From positions 1-34,118 of the forward strand of contig JAQBPH010000335.1 in NCBI GenBank assembly GCA_028287625.1: a stretch of 34,118 bases of DNA, written 5' to 3'. A program made the position numbers and the translations under genes. The DNA is from Chloroflexota bacterium. GTDB taxonomy: Bacteria > Chloroflexota > Dormibacteria > Aeolococcales > Aeolococcaceae. Positions 1 through 7,805 of the stretch are shown piece by piece. The notes under the pieces are model-generated. The model had not been told where the DNA came from. It ran no database searches and saw only the letters and a list, made by a program, of their open reading frames with translations. Each line of letters starts with the position of its first letter. Within the stretch, counting starts at the first letter, position 1.

Positions 1-158
1 TCATCGAGACCGGCAACCTGCGAGCCTTCCTCCAGGAGAGCCTCTACGTGGCCATGTTCTTCTCCGGCTTCACCAGCATGTTCGCGTACTGGCTGGGGAT
101 CGGCATCGGCAAGTGGCTCGCGGTCTACCCGGCGACCAAGTTCCTGCAGCAGGCGTAG
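1..158 (+). CDS. pmoA: CuMMO (methane/ammonia/hydrocarbon monooxygenase) subunit A, 3' end only
   Basis: Not in the ORF track. Frame 3 reads IETGNLRAFLQESLYVAMFFSGFTSMFAYWLGIGIGKWLAVYPATKFLQQA*, with TAG at 156-158. This matches the PmoA/AmoA C-terminus (E-x-G-x-L-R-x-F followed by the last TM helix) and sits 11 nt before subunit B. Confidence 0.9.
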   Translation, partial: IETGNLRAFLQESLYVAMFFSGFTSMFAYWLGIGIGKWLAVYPATKFLQQA

Positions 159-169
159 CGGGTCAGATC

Positions 170-1447
170 ATGAGAAAGCACAAGCACATCAAGCGCATGG
201 CCTGCCTCCTCGTGGGGATGGTGGGTGCCCTCATGCTCGGTGGTCTGCGGGCGACGCCGGCCCTGGCGCACGGCGAGGCCGCACAGCCCGCGTTCCTGAA
301 GGAGGGGACGATCGCGTTCTGGGACGTCAAGTTCTCCTCCAACACGATAAAGATGGGCCAGGATCTCACCATCACCGGGAAGGTCCGCTTCCTCGAGGGG
401 TGGCCGAACAACCTCGCCGATCCCAGCCTGGTGTGGCTGAGCGCGGTCGCCCAGGGGCCGAGGGTCCTGGTGATGGAGCGCTACATCAACGATCAGTTCA
501 CACCGTCCTCGTGGGTCGTCGAGAAGGGCAACAACTACACCTTCAAGGAGGTGCTGCGGGGCAGGTCCCCGGGCACCTACCACGTCCATCCGATGATGGC
601 CACCAAGGGCGCCGGCCCGATCATCGGACCGGGTCAGTACGTCACCGTCGTGGACACCGGGGCCGAGTTCGCCAACAACGTCAACCTGCTGAGCGGTGAG
701 ACGATCGATCTCGAGACCTACGGCCGCGGCACGGTGATCTCCTGGCACTTGATCGTCGTCCTGGTCGCGGTCCCCTGGCTGCTCTTCTGGCTGCTCCGAC
801 CGCTGGTGATCCGTGCCAAGTACGTGGGGACGGGCGCGGAGGCCGAGCGGCGGCTGGTGAGCAAGCGCGACCGCATGATCGGGTATGGAATCGGCGCCGT
901 GATGATCGTGGTGCTCCTCATCGGCAACCTCATCACCAGCAACAGCTACCCGGTGACCATTCCGCAGCAGACGATCCGCATCGCACCGCCCGCGCTGCCC
1001 CCGTCGCCCCAGCTCGCCTCGCTGGATCCCTACACGACGACCGTCACCTATGGACCGACCACCCAGACGGTGCTGGCAACGCTCAAGGTGACCAACACCG
1101 GTCACTCCCCGGTCATACTCGACCGCTTCGCCACCGCGAGCTACGAGTTCGCCAATCAGGCGACGCACCCCAACGCTCAGAACCCCTTCACGGTCGACAA
1201 TCCGAACCCCATCGCCCCCGGCGAGACGAGGAAGCTCCAGGTCACCATGGCCGACGCGGTCTGGCAGACGGACAACCTCATCCCGATCAACGAGGTGCAG
1301 CTGATCCTTCGCGGCGTGTTCCTCTTCCGCGACTCGACCGGGACCGAGGCGCCGGTGGAGATCAACGCTCCGATCAACGTCGACTACAAGGTGCTGCTCG
1401 AGCACGGCAACGCGCGGCTGCCTCAGCTGCACACGAACCAATTCTGA
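170..1447 (+). CDS. pmoB: CuMMO subunit B (PmoB/AmoB/HmoB)
   Basis: Signal peptide ending ALA, then mature N-terminus HGEAAQPAF. Also EGWP, YHVHPM (HxH), GPIIGPG, IDLETYG, two TM helices and a second cupredoxin-like domain (NPIAPGETR). ATG 170 is preferred over the ORF-track start at 113. Confidence 0.96.
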   Translation: MRKHKHIKRMACLLVGMVGALMLGGLRATPALAHGEAAQPAFLKEGTIAFWDVKFSSNTIKMGQDLTITGKVRFLEGWPNNLADPSLVWLSAVAQGPRVLVMERYINDQFTPSSWVVEKGNNYTFKEVLRGRSPGTYHVHPMMATKGAGPIIGPGQYVTVVDTGAEFANNVNLLSGETIDLETYGRGTVISWHLIVVLVAVPWLLFWLLRPLVIRAKYVGTGAEAERRLVSKRDRMIGYGIGAVMIVVLLIGNLITSNSYPVTIPQQTIRIAPPALPPSPQLASLDPYTTTVTYGPTTQTVLATLKVTNTGHSPVILDRFATASYEFANQATHPNAQNPFTVDNPNPIAPGETRKLQVTMADAVWQTDNLIPINEVQLILRGVFLFRDSTGTEAPVEINAPINVDYKVLLEHGNARLPQLHTNQF

Positions 1448-1453
1448 CGTGAC

Positions 1454-2188
1454 GTGGTGATGCTCAGACGACCGACGCGCGCCGCCCTCCTCCTCGCAGG
1501 CCTGCTGGCCGGCGTGGTCTCGATCGCGGGGGCACCTCAGGCCTCGGCCCACGGGGGGGGCATCGGTGATTCCCTTCTCGCCGGCTCGATGTGCGCGCAG
1601 AAGCTCGACGGCGCCGAGGTCGACCTGAACATCTTCCTCGCCGGCGGGGGGCAGCCGTCCTGTGACGGCATGCCCCCCGGTCCGGCCACGCTCACCTTCG
1701 ACCTCGTCGACCCGTGGCTCCGGCAGGTCCCGGTGGGCGTGGAGGTCATTCAGACGGACGCCGGCTCGCGTGGCGTCGCCTCCCTGCCGGCGAAGGTGTA
1801 TCCCGGGGGGGTCGTCTCCCTCCGCGTCAGGCTGGACAGGCCGGGGACGTACACCGCCGCGGTGGTCTCCGGTGGATCGCGGGCCACATTCCCCATCGGC
1901 GTCGGTGGACTCGTCAGCGTGGCCTCGGCGGAGCGCTTCCTCAGCACTCCCATCGGGTGGCTGTCGGAGGCTCTGCTGGCGCTCGTCGTCGCTGGCCTGG
2001 GTTGGCTCGGCTTCCGGCGCCTCCGCGCGTCGAGGAGAACGGAGCGGGCGAGGAGGGGTGCTGCGACGATCCTGGCGGATCGGAGTGGCGCGGTCGCGCG
2101 ACCGCACCAGCTCCCCTCCGACGAGGCATCGGGGCCGACGGTGAATGGAAACGGGGCCCAGAGGAAGAAGACGCTGATCGGGCCCTGA
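1454..2188 (+). CDS. pmoD: PmoD/AmoD-like copper-associated membrane-anchored protein
   Basis: Signal peptide ending ASA, then HGG. Two Cys (SMC...SCDGMP), LTFDLVDPWLRQVPVGVEVI, LPAKVYPGG, PGTY and a C-terminal TM helix match the PmoD pattern. Lies 6 nt after pmoB. Confidence 0.75.
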   Translation: MVMLRRPTRAALLLAGLLAGVVSIAGAPQASAHGGGIGDSLLAGSMCAQKLDGAEVDLNIFLAGGGQPSCDGMPPGPATLTFDLVDPWLRQVPVGVEVIQTDAGSRGVASLPAKVYPGGVVSLRVRLDRPGTYTAAVVSGGSRATFPIGVGGLVSVASAERFLSTPIGWLSEALLALVVAGLGWLGFRRLRASRRTERARRGAATILADRSGAVARPHQLPSDEASGPTVNGNGAQRKKTLIGP

Positions 2189-2238
2189 CCGGGGCTCGCA
2201 GCGAACCGTGTCGTGGCAACAGTAAGCAGGGGAGGTTG

Positions 2239-2550
2239 ATGGTGCTGGCGGAATTCGACGTCAACACTGTGTTGTGGGTGTGGATCGTCTGCACCTTTGC
2301 AACGGCCCTGGGCATCGTCGGTGTGGTGCTGCTCCTCTTCGGGATCACCAGGAGCGCGCTGATCATCGACGAGCACAGTGATTCCATCATCCTCGCCGCG
2401 CTCCGAATCCGTGAGAACACCGGTGCACTCAGCGGACTGCAGACCACGATGGCTGCGGGCCAGGATGTGATGCGCACCGTGAAGGCGGTGGAGGCCGACG
2501 GTGCTGAGATCCTGGGAATGGCGGCAGCCGGACCCGGTGGGGGGCTTTGA
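2239..2550 (+). CDS. Small single-TM coiled-coil protein (array gene 1)
   Basis: GGAGG at 2231-2235. N-terminal TM (VLWVWIVCTFATALGIVGVVLLLFGI), then an amphipathic helix containing IRENTGAL. C-terminal part of ORF 1714..2550. Confidence 0.8.
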   Translation: MVLAEFDVNTVLWVWIVCTFATALGIVGVVLLLFGITRSALIIDEHSDSIILAALRIRENTGALSGLQTTMAAGQDVMRTVKAVEADGAEILGMAAAGPGGGL

Positions 2551-2553
2551 CGA

Positions 2554-2910
2554 ATGCTGGCGATGGCGGATATCGAGGTCTACAGCCTGTGGTGGATCAC
2601 CATCGGCGTTGTCGCCGTGGTGGTCATCGTCGCTGCCGGGCTGCTCCACAACATTCTGCTCGTGACCAGGGACATCGGCCAGAACGTCGCGAGCATCCTG
2701 GGGGTCGGGGCGGACATCCTCGACAACGCGGGCAACCTGCGTGCGCTACCGCGTGTCTACGGGACGGTGGTGACCACCCAGGTCGCCGCGTCGCACGTGA
2801 GCGACGTCACCGAGGCCATCGCACGCCACGCGGAAGCATGCCGGCGCTGCCCGGCCTGCGTCAGTCCCAGGCCGGCCAGCCAGTGGGCCGGGCTCGCCTG
2901 GGACCGGTAG
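2554..2910 (+). CDS. Small single-TM coiled-coil protein with C-terminal CxxCxxC (array gene 2)
   Basis: TM LWWITIGVVAVVVIVAAGLL, heptad helix, HAEACRRCPAC. Starts 3 nt after the previous stop. Confidence 0.8.
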   Translation: MLAMADIEVYSLWWITIGVVAVVVIVAAGLLHNILLVTRDIGQNVASILGVGADILDNAGNLRALPRVYGTVVTTQVAASHVSDVTEAIARHAEACRRCPACVSPRPASQWAGLAWDR

Positions 2911-2959
2911 ACGGCAACGGGTTCGATCTTCTTCGAGTACAACGCCGATCACGGAGGGT

Positions 2960-3244
2960 GTGGACGTGGTGCCAGGACTGCTGCTTGTGTTGACCATGCT
3001 CGCGGCGACCGCGCTGGTGGTGGCCGTGGCTGGATACGTGGTCGCCATCACTCGGGTGCTCGACCGGGTCGGGGCCCGGTCCGGCTCCGACCTCGAAAGG
3101 GTCGCGGGCGCGCTCCGTGGCATCGCCAACGAGACCACCATGCTCACCGCCGTCGCCGACGTCAACAGCGAGCTCCGCTCCCTGGGGGCAACGCTCCAGA
3201 CCATCGACGGCAACCTCGTCGCGTTCGTCCAGGCACAGGGGTAG
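2960..3244 (+). CDS. Small single-TM coiled-coil protein (array gene 3)
   Basis: GGAGGG at 2953-2958. TM plus heptad helix (VADVNSELRSLGATLQTIDGNL). Start may be GTG 2966. Confidence 0.8.
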   Translation: MDVVPGLLLVLTMLAATALVVAVAGYVVAITRVLDRVGARSGSDLERVAGALRGIANETTMLTAVADVNSELRSLGATLQTIDGNLVAFVQAQG

Positions 3245-3251
3245 AAACCGA

Positions 3252-3578
3252 ATGAGAATGCTTGCCTTCATCCCAGGTGACGGCTTTCTTGCGGTCTGGG
3301 CGCTGTTCCTGCTCGCGGTCGCGGTGGCGGTGCTCCCGGTGGTGGCGCTGCTCCTGATCAGGCTCATCGTGGTCACCGTGAAGCTCAGCCGCAACGCGCG
3401 GCTGGCGGCGGAGGCCGCCGAGGACATCCGCGCCAACGTCGCGGCGGCCCCTCACCTCGCCCACACGCTGCAGATCGCCGGCGACCTTCTCGCCGTGGTT
3501 CGGATCCTCGAGGGGCACGGTGTCGTGCTCGAGCGGGTGTTGACCCGCCATCTTCCTCCCCGGTTGGTGCGCCGCTGA
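3252..3578 (+). CDS. Small single-TM coiled-coil protein (array gene 4)
   Basis: ATG 3252, 7 nt after the previous stop. TM FLAVWALFLLAVAVAVLPVVALLLI, helix containing DIRANV. Confidence 0.78.
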   Translation: MRMLAFIPGDGFLAVWALFLLAVAVAVLPVVALLLIRLIVVTVKLSRNARLAAEAAEDIRANVAAAPHLAHTLQIAGDLLAVVRILEGHGVVLERVLTRHLPPRLVRR

Positions 3579-3883
3579 TGCTTGCCTCGCTCAATGCCAC
3601 CACCCTCGGCTACTTCTCCGGCGTCCTCGGCGCGATCGTCGCCGTGGCCCTGCTCGCCTCGCTGGGGATCGTCTACGCGGTCCTCGTCAAGGTGGGGCGG
3701 AGCCTGGCGACCATCTCAGAGACGCTGGGCGATGTCGCCGCCAACACCGATCCCGTGCCCCCCACCCTGGCCGCGGTCAATGAGGGGCTGACCACGGTCG
3801 GCACGGAGTTGCGGGCCGTCGAGAATCACCTGGCGACGGGCAAGGCTGTCTTCGCCGGGTACGCCAACGGAAGCATGGGCTGA
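3578..3883 (+). CDS. Small single-TM coiled-coil protein (array gene 5)
   Basis: TGATG overlap with the previous gene. TM plus helix (VAANTDPVPPTLAAVNEGL). Confidence 0.8.
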   Translation: MLASLNATTLGYFSGVLGAIVAVALLASLGIVYAVLVKVGRSLATISETLGDVAANTDPVPPTLAAVNEGLTTVGTELRAVENHLATGKAVFAGYANGSMG

Positions 3884-3940
3884 CACGCCCGAGCAGCCCC
3901 TCGCACCAGCAGCTCACTCAGGCTCACCAGAGGAGATCCG

Positions 3941-4555
3941 ATGCAGTACCGGCCCTACTCACTGGCACCACGCACCTATGCGCAGTGGCTGTTCGGCTTG
4001 CTGGGGGTGATCGTCGCCATCCTGCTGGTGGTCTTCCTCCTCGCGCGTGTCGTGGTCACCGCCAACAGCATCAACGACAAGGCCGCCGACATCCGGTCGC
4101 TCGGTGGCACCATCAACGAGAGCACCGCCGCAGTGCTGCAGCTGACCAAGACCAACCAGGTGGCCAGCACCATCCTGGGTGATGTCCATCCGCTCAGCGG
4201 GCAGCTCAACACGACCCTCGGTACCGCCTCGGGCATCTCCGGGCTGGCCACCTCGATCAACAACACCGCGGGCTCGATCGATACCGTTGCCGGTCAGATC
4301 AAGGGCTCCGCCGACCTGATCCTCAAGGACACCAACTCGATCGTCGCCTCGGCCGCCTCGATCGACAAGGGGGTGACCGACATCGACGCCAAGCTCAGCA
4401 GCGTGCTCGGCGCCGTCCAGGCGATCAAGGGCGACAGCGGCAACATCCGTGGCACCGCGGTCAGCATCCAGTCCAACGCCAAGGCGATCGACTGCAAGCT
4501 TCCCCCCGCCCTCCTGAACCCGGGCAACACCGTCAACAACTGCGGCGAGGGCTGA
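3941..4555 (+). CDS. Single-TM long heptad-repeat protein with C-terminal Cys pair (array gene 6)
   Basis: AGGAG RBS. TM, then regular 7-residue repeats (ATSINNT-AGSIDTV-AGQIKGS-ADLILKD-TNSIVAS-AASIDKG...), ending IDCKL...NNCGEG. Confidence 0.85.
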   Translation: MQYRPYSLAPRTYAQWLFGLLGVIVAILLVVFLLARVVVTANSINDKAADIRSLGGTINESTAAVLQLTKTNQVASTILGDVHPLSGQLNTTLGTASGISGLATSINNTAGSIDTVAGQIKGSADLILKDTNSIVASAASIDKGVTDIDAKLSSVLGAVQAIKGDSGNIRGTAVSIQSNAKAIDCKLPPALLNPGNTVNNCGEG

Positions 4556-4558
4556 GCG

Positions 4559-5140
4559 GTGACTCGTGCAGGCCTCACCACCCTCTCCTTCGCGGCGTTC
4601 GGCCTGCTGGTCGGCTCGGTGCTCATCGCCCTGGGCCTGACCGGGAACGCGCTGGTCTCGACCAACGGCCGGCTCGGCGACATCGACAAGGCGCTGACCT
4701 CGATCAAGGGCCATGCCGACCCTCTCACGTACCAGGTCGGCAAGGTCAACGACTCGCTGGTGTCCATCGAGCAGGCGCTCCAGCCGCTGCACGCCCAGGC
4801 GGACCAGCTCAACGGCATTCTCGGAGGCGTGCAGCAGACCCTGACCTCGGCCGACGGCAGCCTGAAGAGCATCAACGGCCATGTCACGGCCGCCGAGGCA
4901 GACCTCGTCCCTGCTGAGAGCGACCTTGCGGGGACGGACAGGTACTTCAAGCACATCAACCCCAACGTGGGCGACATCCAGGGGAAGGCCGTCCAGGCGG
5001 TCACCCTCCTGAGATCGATCGAGAATGACCTGGCCACCATCGAGGGCAAGCTCGTCCAGACCCGGGACCATCTGGTGAGCTCCTGCTCCAAGCTGCCCGG
5101 CGGGCTCCCCGGCGCCCAGGGCGGGGCTGCGTGCGGCTGA
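4559..5140 (+). CDS. Single-TM long heptad-repeat protein with C-terminal Cys pair (array gene 7)
   Basis: GTG 3 nt after the previous stop. TM plus heptads, ending SSCSKL...AACG. Confidence 0.83.
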   Translation: MTRAGLTTLSFAAFGLLVGSVLIALGLTGNALVSTNGRLGDIDKALTSIKGHADPLTYQVGKVNDSLVSIEQALQPLHAQADQLNGILGGVQQTLTSADGSLKSINGHVTAAEADLVPAESDLAGTDRYFKHINPNVGDIQGKAVQAVTLLRSIENDLATIEGKLVQTRDHLVSSCSKLPGGLPGAQGGAACG

Positions 5141-5748
5141 TGGCGACCTATACCACCTCCGACCCCATCGACCGCAGGGCGCGGTCGCTCGTCCTCAGCC
5201 TCTGGGTGATGCCGATCGTGGCAGGGGTGGCGGTGCTCGCCGTCGCCGCCGGCATGCTCATCGAGACGCTGGTGCTGGCCAACAGCATCGACGCCAAGGT
5301 CACACCCATCAGGTCGTCCCTGGCGGACATCAAGCTCCACACCGACACCATCGCCGTGCTCAACACCGTGGACGCGTCCGCCAAGGGGATCAAGAGCGCG
5401 GCGCACCCGCTGACCGACCAGGCCGCCAGCATTCTCGGCGTCGTGAGCACCATCCAGTCGACGGTGGGCTCGATCGACGGCTCGGCTGGCAGCATCGACT
5501 CCCACGTTGCGGCCGTCGACGGGACCGTTGGTTCGATCACCTCGGGCTTCACCGTCATCCGTGGCCAGGCGATCAGCATCGACCACGGGCTGGGATCCGC
5601 CGTCTCGCTCGCCGACCAGGTGCTGGGGGTCCTCGGGACGGTGAAGGGTGACACCGGCAGGCTGCTGATGACGCCGCTGCTGCCGACCATCAACGACCAC
5701 GCGAACAGCATCGACTGCAAGCTGGGTTCGGGAGGTGCCTGCCAGTGA
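5140..5748 (+). CDS. Single-TM long heptad-repeat protein with C-terminal Cys pair (array gene 8)
   Basis: TGATG coupling at 5138-5142. Visibly paralogous to 3941..4555 (ANSI, HPL, KGD, IDCKL). Ends GGACQ. Confidence 0.85.
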   Translation: MATYTTSDPIDRRARSLVLSLWVMPIVAGVAVLAVAAGMLIETLVLANSIDAKVTPIRSSLADIKLHTDTIAVLNTVDASAKGIKSAAHPLTDQAASILGVVSTIQSTVGSIDGSAGSIDSHVAAVDGTVGSITSGFTVIRGQAISIDHGLGSAVSLADQVLGVLGTVKGDTGRLLMTPLLPTINDHANSIDCKLGSGGACQ

Positions 5749-6344
5749 ACCCCGGTGAGCGCAAACTGGTGCACGGGCTGGCGATCTTCGAGGGGATCGC
5801 CCTGCTGGGGGCCCTCGTCCTCTTCCTGATCATCATCGGCAACACCCTGGTTCGCATCAACGAGAACCTGGGGGGTACTCGCGACTCCGCGTCGGCGGTC
5901 AACGCCAGCGCCCAGAACCTGCCCGATCTCGTCGACAGCATCACCGCCTCGCTGACGGCCATCGAGCATGACGTCCAGCCGGTCAAGGGCCAGCTCGACC
6001 AGATCAACGGCGGGCTGACGGCCACCTCCGGCGGCCTGGCGACCGCGGATGGCCACCTCAGCAAGATCCAGGGCAACCTGGTCCACATCGAGAGCAACCT
6101 CGTCGTCGCCGGCAAGGATGACGGCCTCAGCATCGTCGCGTCACTGATCAGCATCAACAACGAGGCGGCCGCGGTGGTCTCCCGGGCGGTCGCCCTGATC
6201 AGCTCGGGGGGTGCCATCCAGGGCGACACCTCCAACATCGCAAAGATCGCGGTGCCCATCAACCAGCATCTGGTGAGCATCTCGGGGAAGGCGGGCACCG
6301 TCTGCGTCCTCGGCAAGCTCACCAACCCCACGGCGCCGTGCTAG
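5745..6344 (+). CDS. Single-TM long heptad-repeat protein with C-terminal Cys pair (array gene 9)
   Basis: GTGA overlap. Paralogous to 4559..5140 (GNxLV, SLxxIE, QP, DQxNG, ADGxL). Ends TVCVL...TAPC. Confidence 0.83.
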   Translation: MNPGERKLVHGLAIFEGIALLGALVLFLIIIGNTLVRINENLGGTRDSASAVNASAQNLPDLVDSITASLTAIEHDVQPVKGQLDQINGGLTATSGGLATADGHLSKIQGNLVHIESNLVVAGKDDGLSIVASLISINNEAAAVVSRAVALISSGGAIQGDTSNIAKIAVPINQHLVSISGKAGTVCVLGKLTNPTAPC

Positions 6345-6381
6345 CCCGGATCGGCTTCGACTGACATCAGGACCAACGAAG

Positions 6382-7056
6382 ATGCCTGCCACCGCCGTCC
6401 GTCACGATCATCCATCCCTGAGGCGGACGGCGGCGGTGGCATCGGCGTTGATCCTCGGCGGGGTGCTCGGTGGCTGCGGCAGCGCCGCCAGTGCTCAGCC
6501 CAAGGCCTCCCCATCACCGCGCGCTGCTGCCGCGCAGTGGCTCCGGCACATCGACGAGCGGGCGGGCTTCTCACTCGACTACCCAGCCTCCTGGAACGTG
6601 TACGGGAGCCGTGATCCCGGCGTGCAGTTCCTGGTGGGGCCCGACGACGCCGACTTCGTCCTGGTGCGGGTGATCGCGCCGCTGCCGGTGTGTATCGGGC
6701 CAGGCCAGACGCAGGCGATGAAGCAGATCACCGATGGCCTGCTCCTCGATCAGAAGGTCGAGATCCTGCGGGAGGCGCAGGTGAGCCTGGCCGGCCTTCC
6801 CGGATGGGAGTACGTCTACAGCTTCGCCGACTCCGCGACCCGGGGGACCGGCGTGCACATCCACGTCTTTCTCTTCCAGGGCAACCGGCTTCAGACCCTG
6901 GTCCTCCAGGCGCTGCCGCAGACGCGGCTCCACGACCTGGCCCCCGCCTTCGACCAGGTCCTCGCGCGTTTTCGGACCATGCCGGTCGTTCAGACGGTGC
7001 CGCAGAGCACACCCTGTCCGGGCGTGCCGCAGGCGCCCGGCCCGACCGGCCGGTGA
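6382..7056 (+). CDS. Lipoprotein, PsbP/DcrB-like fold
   Basis: Lipobox-like LGGC, Ala/Pro linker, then GFSLDYPASW and SLAGLPG, typical of PsbP-like proteins. Confidence 0.65.
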   Translation: MPATAVRHDHPSLRRTAAVASALILGGVLGGCGSAASAQPKASPSPRAAAAQWLRHIDERAGFSLDYPASWNVYGSRDPGVQFLVGPDDADFVLVRVIAPLPVCIGPGQTQAMKQITDGLLLDQKVEILREAQVSLAGLPGWEYVYSFADSATRGTGVHIHVFLFQGNRLQTLVLQALPQTRLHDLAPAFDQVLARFRTMPVVQTVPQSTPCPGVPQAPGPTGR

Positions 7057-7706
7057 TCCCGCTCGGCGACCCGGCTGCGATGGACGCCGACGAGGCCCCC
7101 AGCCGTCTGTCCGGTGATGCGCGCACTCAGGTCGGGGCCGCGCACCGCCACGCCATCCTGTACGACAGGGAGCGCTGGCGCCGGGTCCGGCTCCCGCTGC
7201 TGACCCTGGCGACCATCTCTCTCGTGGTCGCCTTCCTCGCCCCACTCGTCAGCCGGCGTGGGGGCGCGGGCCTCGTGTTGAGCCTGCCCGGCGCCCTGTT
7301 GTACGGCATCGCCTTCGACCTCTGGCTGCGCCAGCGGTCCGGATACCTGGCGGTCGAGGGCGGGGACCTCGTGGTGCATCGCATGCGATCGAAGCGATCC
7401 ATCCCTCTGTCCGAGGTGCACCGCGCGAAGGTTGCGCGCGTGGGGGCCACCGTCAACAACAGGGAGCGGCGCGCCACCCTCCCCCGACCGCGGTCCCGGT
7501 GGCTCGAGACCGACGCCCTGACGGTGCGGCTCGACACCGACTCCGAGGCTCTGGAACGGCTGGCTCAGGTGCTGGGCCAGCAGTTCCTCTTCGGGCGGGT
7601 TCTGGTCGTGCCCGTCCTCGACCCGGAGGGCCTGCTCCGGGAGATGGAGGAGAACACACCCCAGGTCGCGCCACCGGCGCCGCCCCGTCGACGGCGCCGT
7701 CCGTGA
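7053..7706 (+). CDS. Hypothetical membrane protein (2 TM plus soluble, possibly PH-like domain)
   Basis: GTGA overlap with the previous stop (alternative ATG 7080). Two hydrophobic segments, then YLAVEGGDLVV...SIPLSEV. Confidence 0.6.
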   Translation: MIPLGDPAAMDADEAPSRLSGDARTQVGAAHRHAILYDRERWRRVRLPLLTLATISLVVAFLAPLVSRRGGAGLVLSLPGALLYGIAFDLWLRQRSGYLAVEGGDLVVHRMRSKRSIPLSEVHRAKVARVGATVNNRERRATLPRPRSRWLETDALTVRLDTDSEALERLAQVLGQQFLFGRVLVVPVLDPEGLLREMEENTPQVAPPAPPRRRRRP

Positions 7707-7805
7707 GCCAGCGCAGCCGCGCCATGGTCCTCGGGTCCGAGGTCTCGCCGGGTGAACGATCATGAACTGCGTTCCCACGCAGTCGCTTCTTGGAGGGACG
7801 GAGCA

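Noticed and set aside
1-1447. Assigning methane or ammonia as the definite substrate
   Set aside because: Substrate cannot be read from these motifs. pmoC and most of pmoA are outside the window.
125-2107. Long antisense or alternative-frame ORFs (125..2107, 4294..5700, 7845..9443, 26578..28959, 29021..30406, 32443..34053 and similar)
   Set aside because: Shadow ORFs of high-GC genes. They overlap well-supported genes and have no recognisable motifs.
3941-6344. Methyl-accepting chemotaxis proteins or phage tape-measure/tail fibre genes
   Set aside because: Only generic heptads. No MCP signalling hairpin motif (e.g. GRGFAVVA), no che genes and no phage genes nearby.
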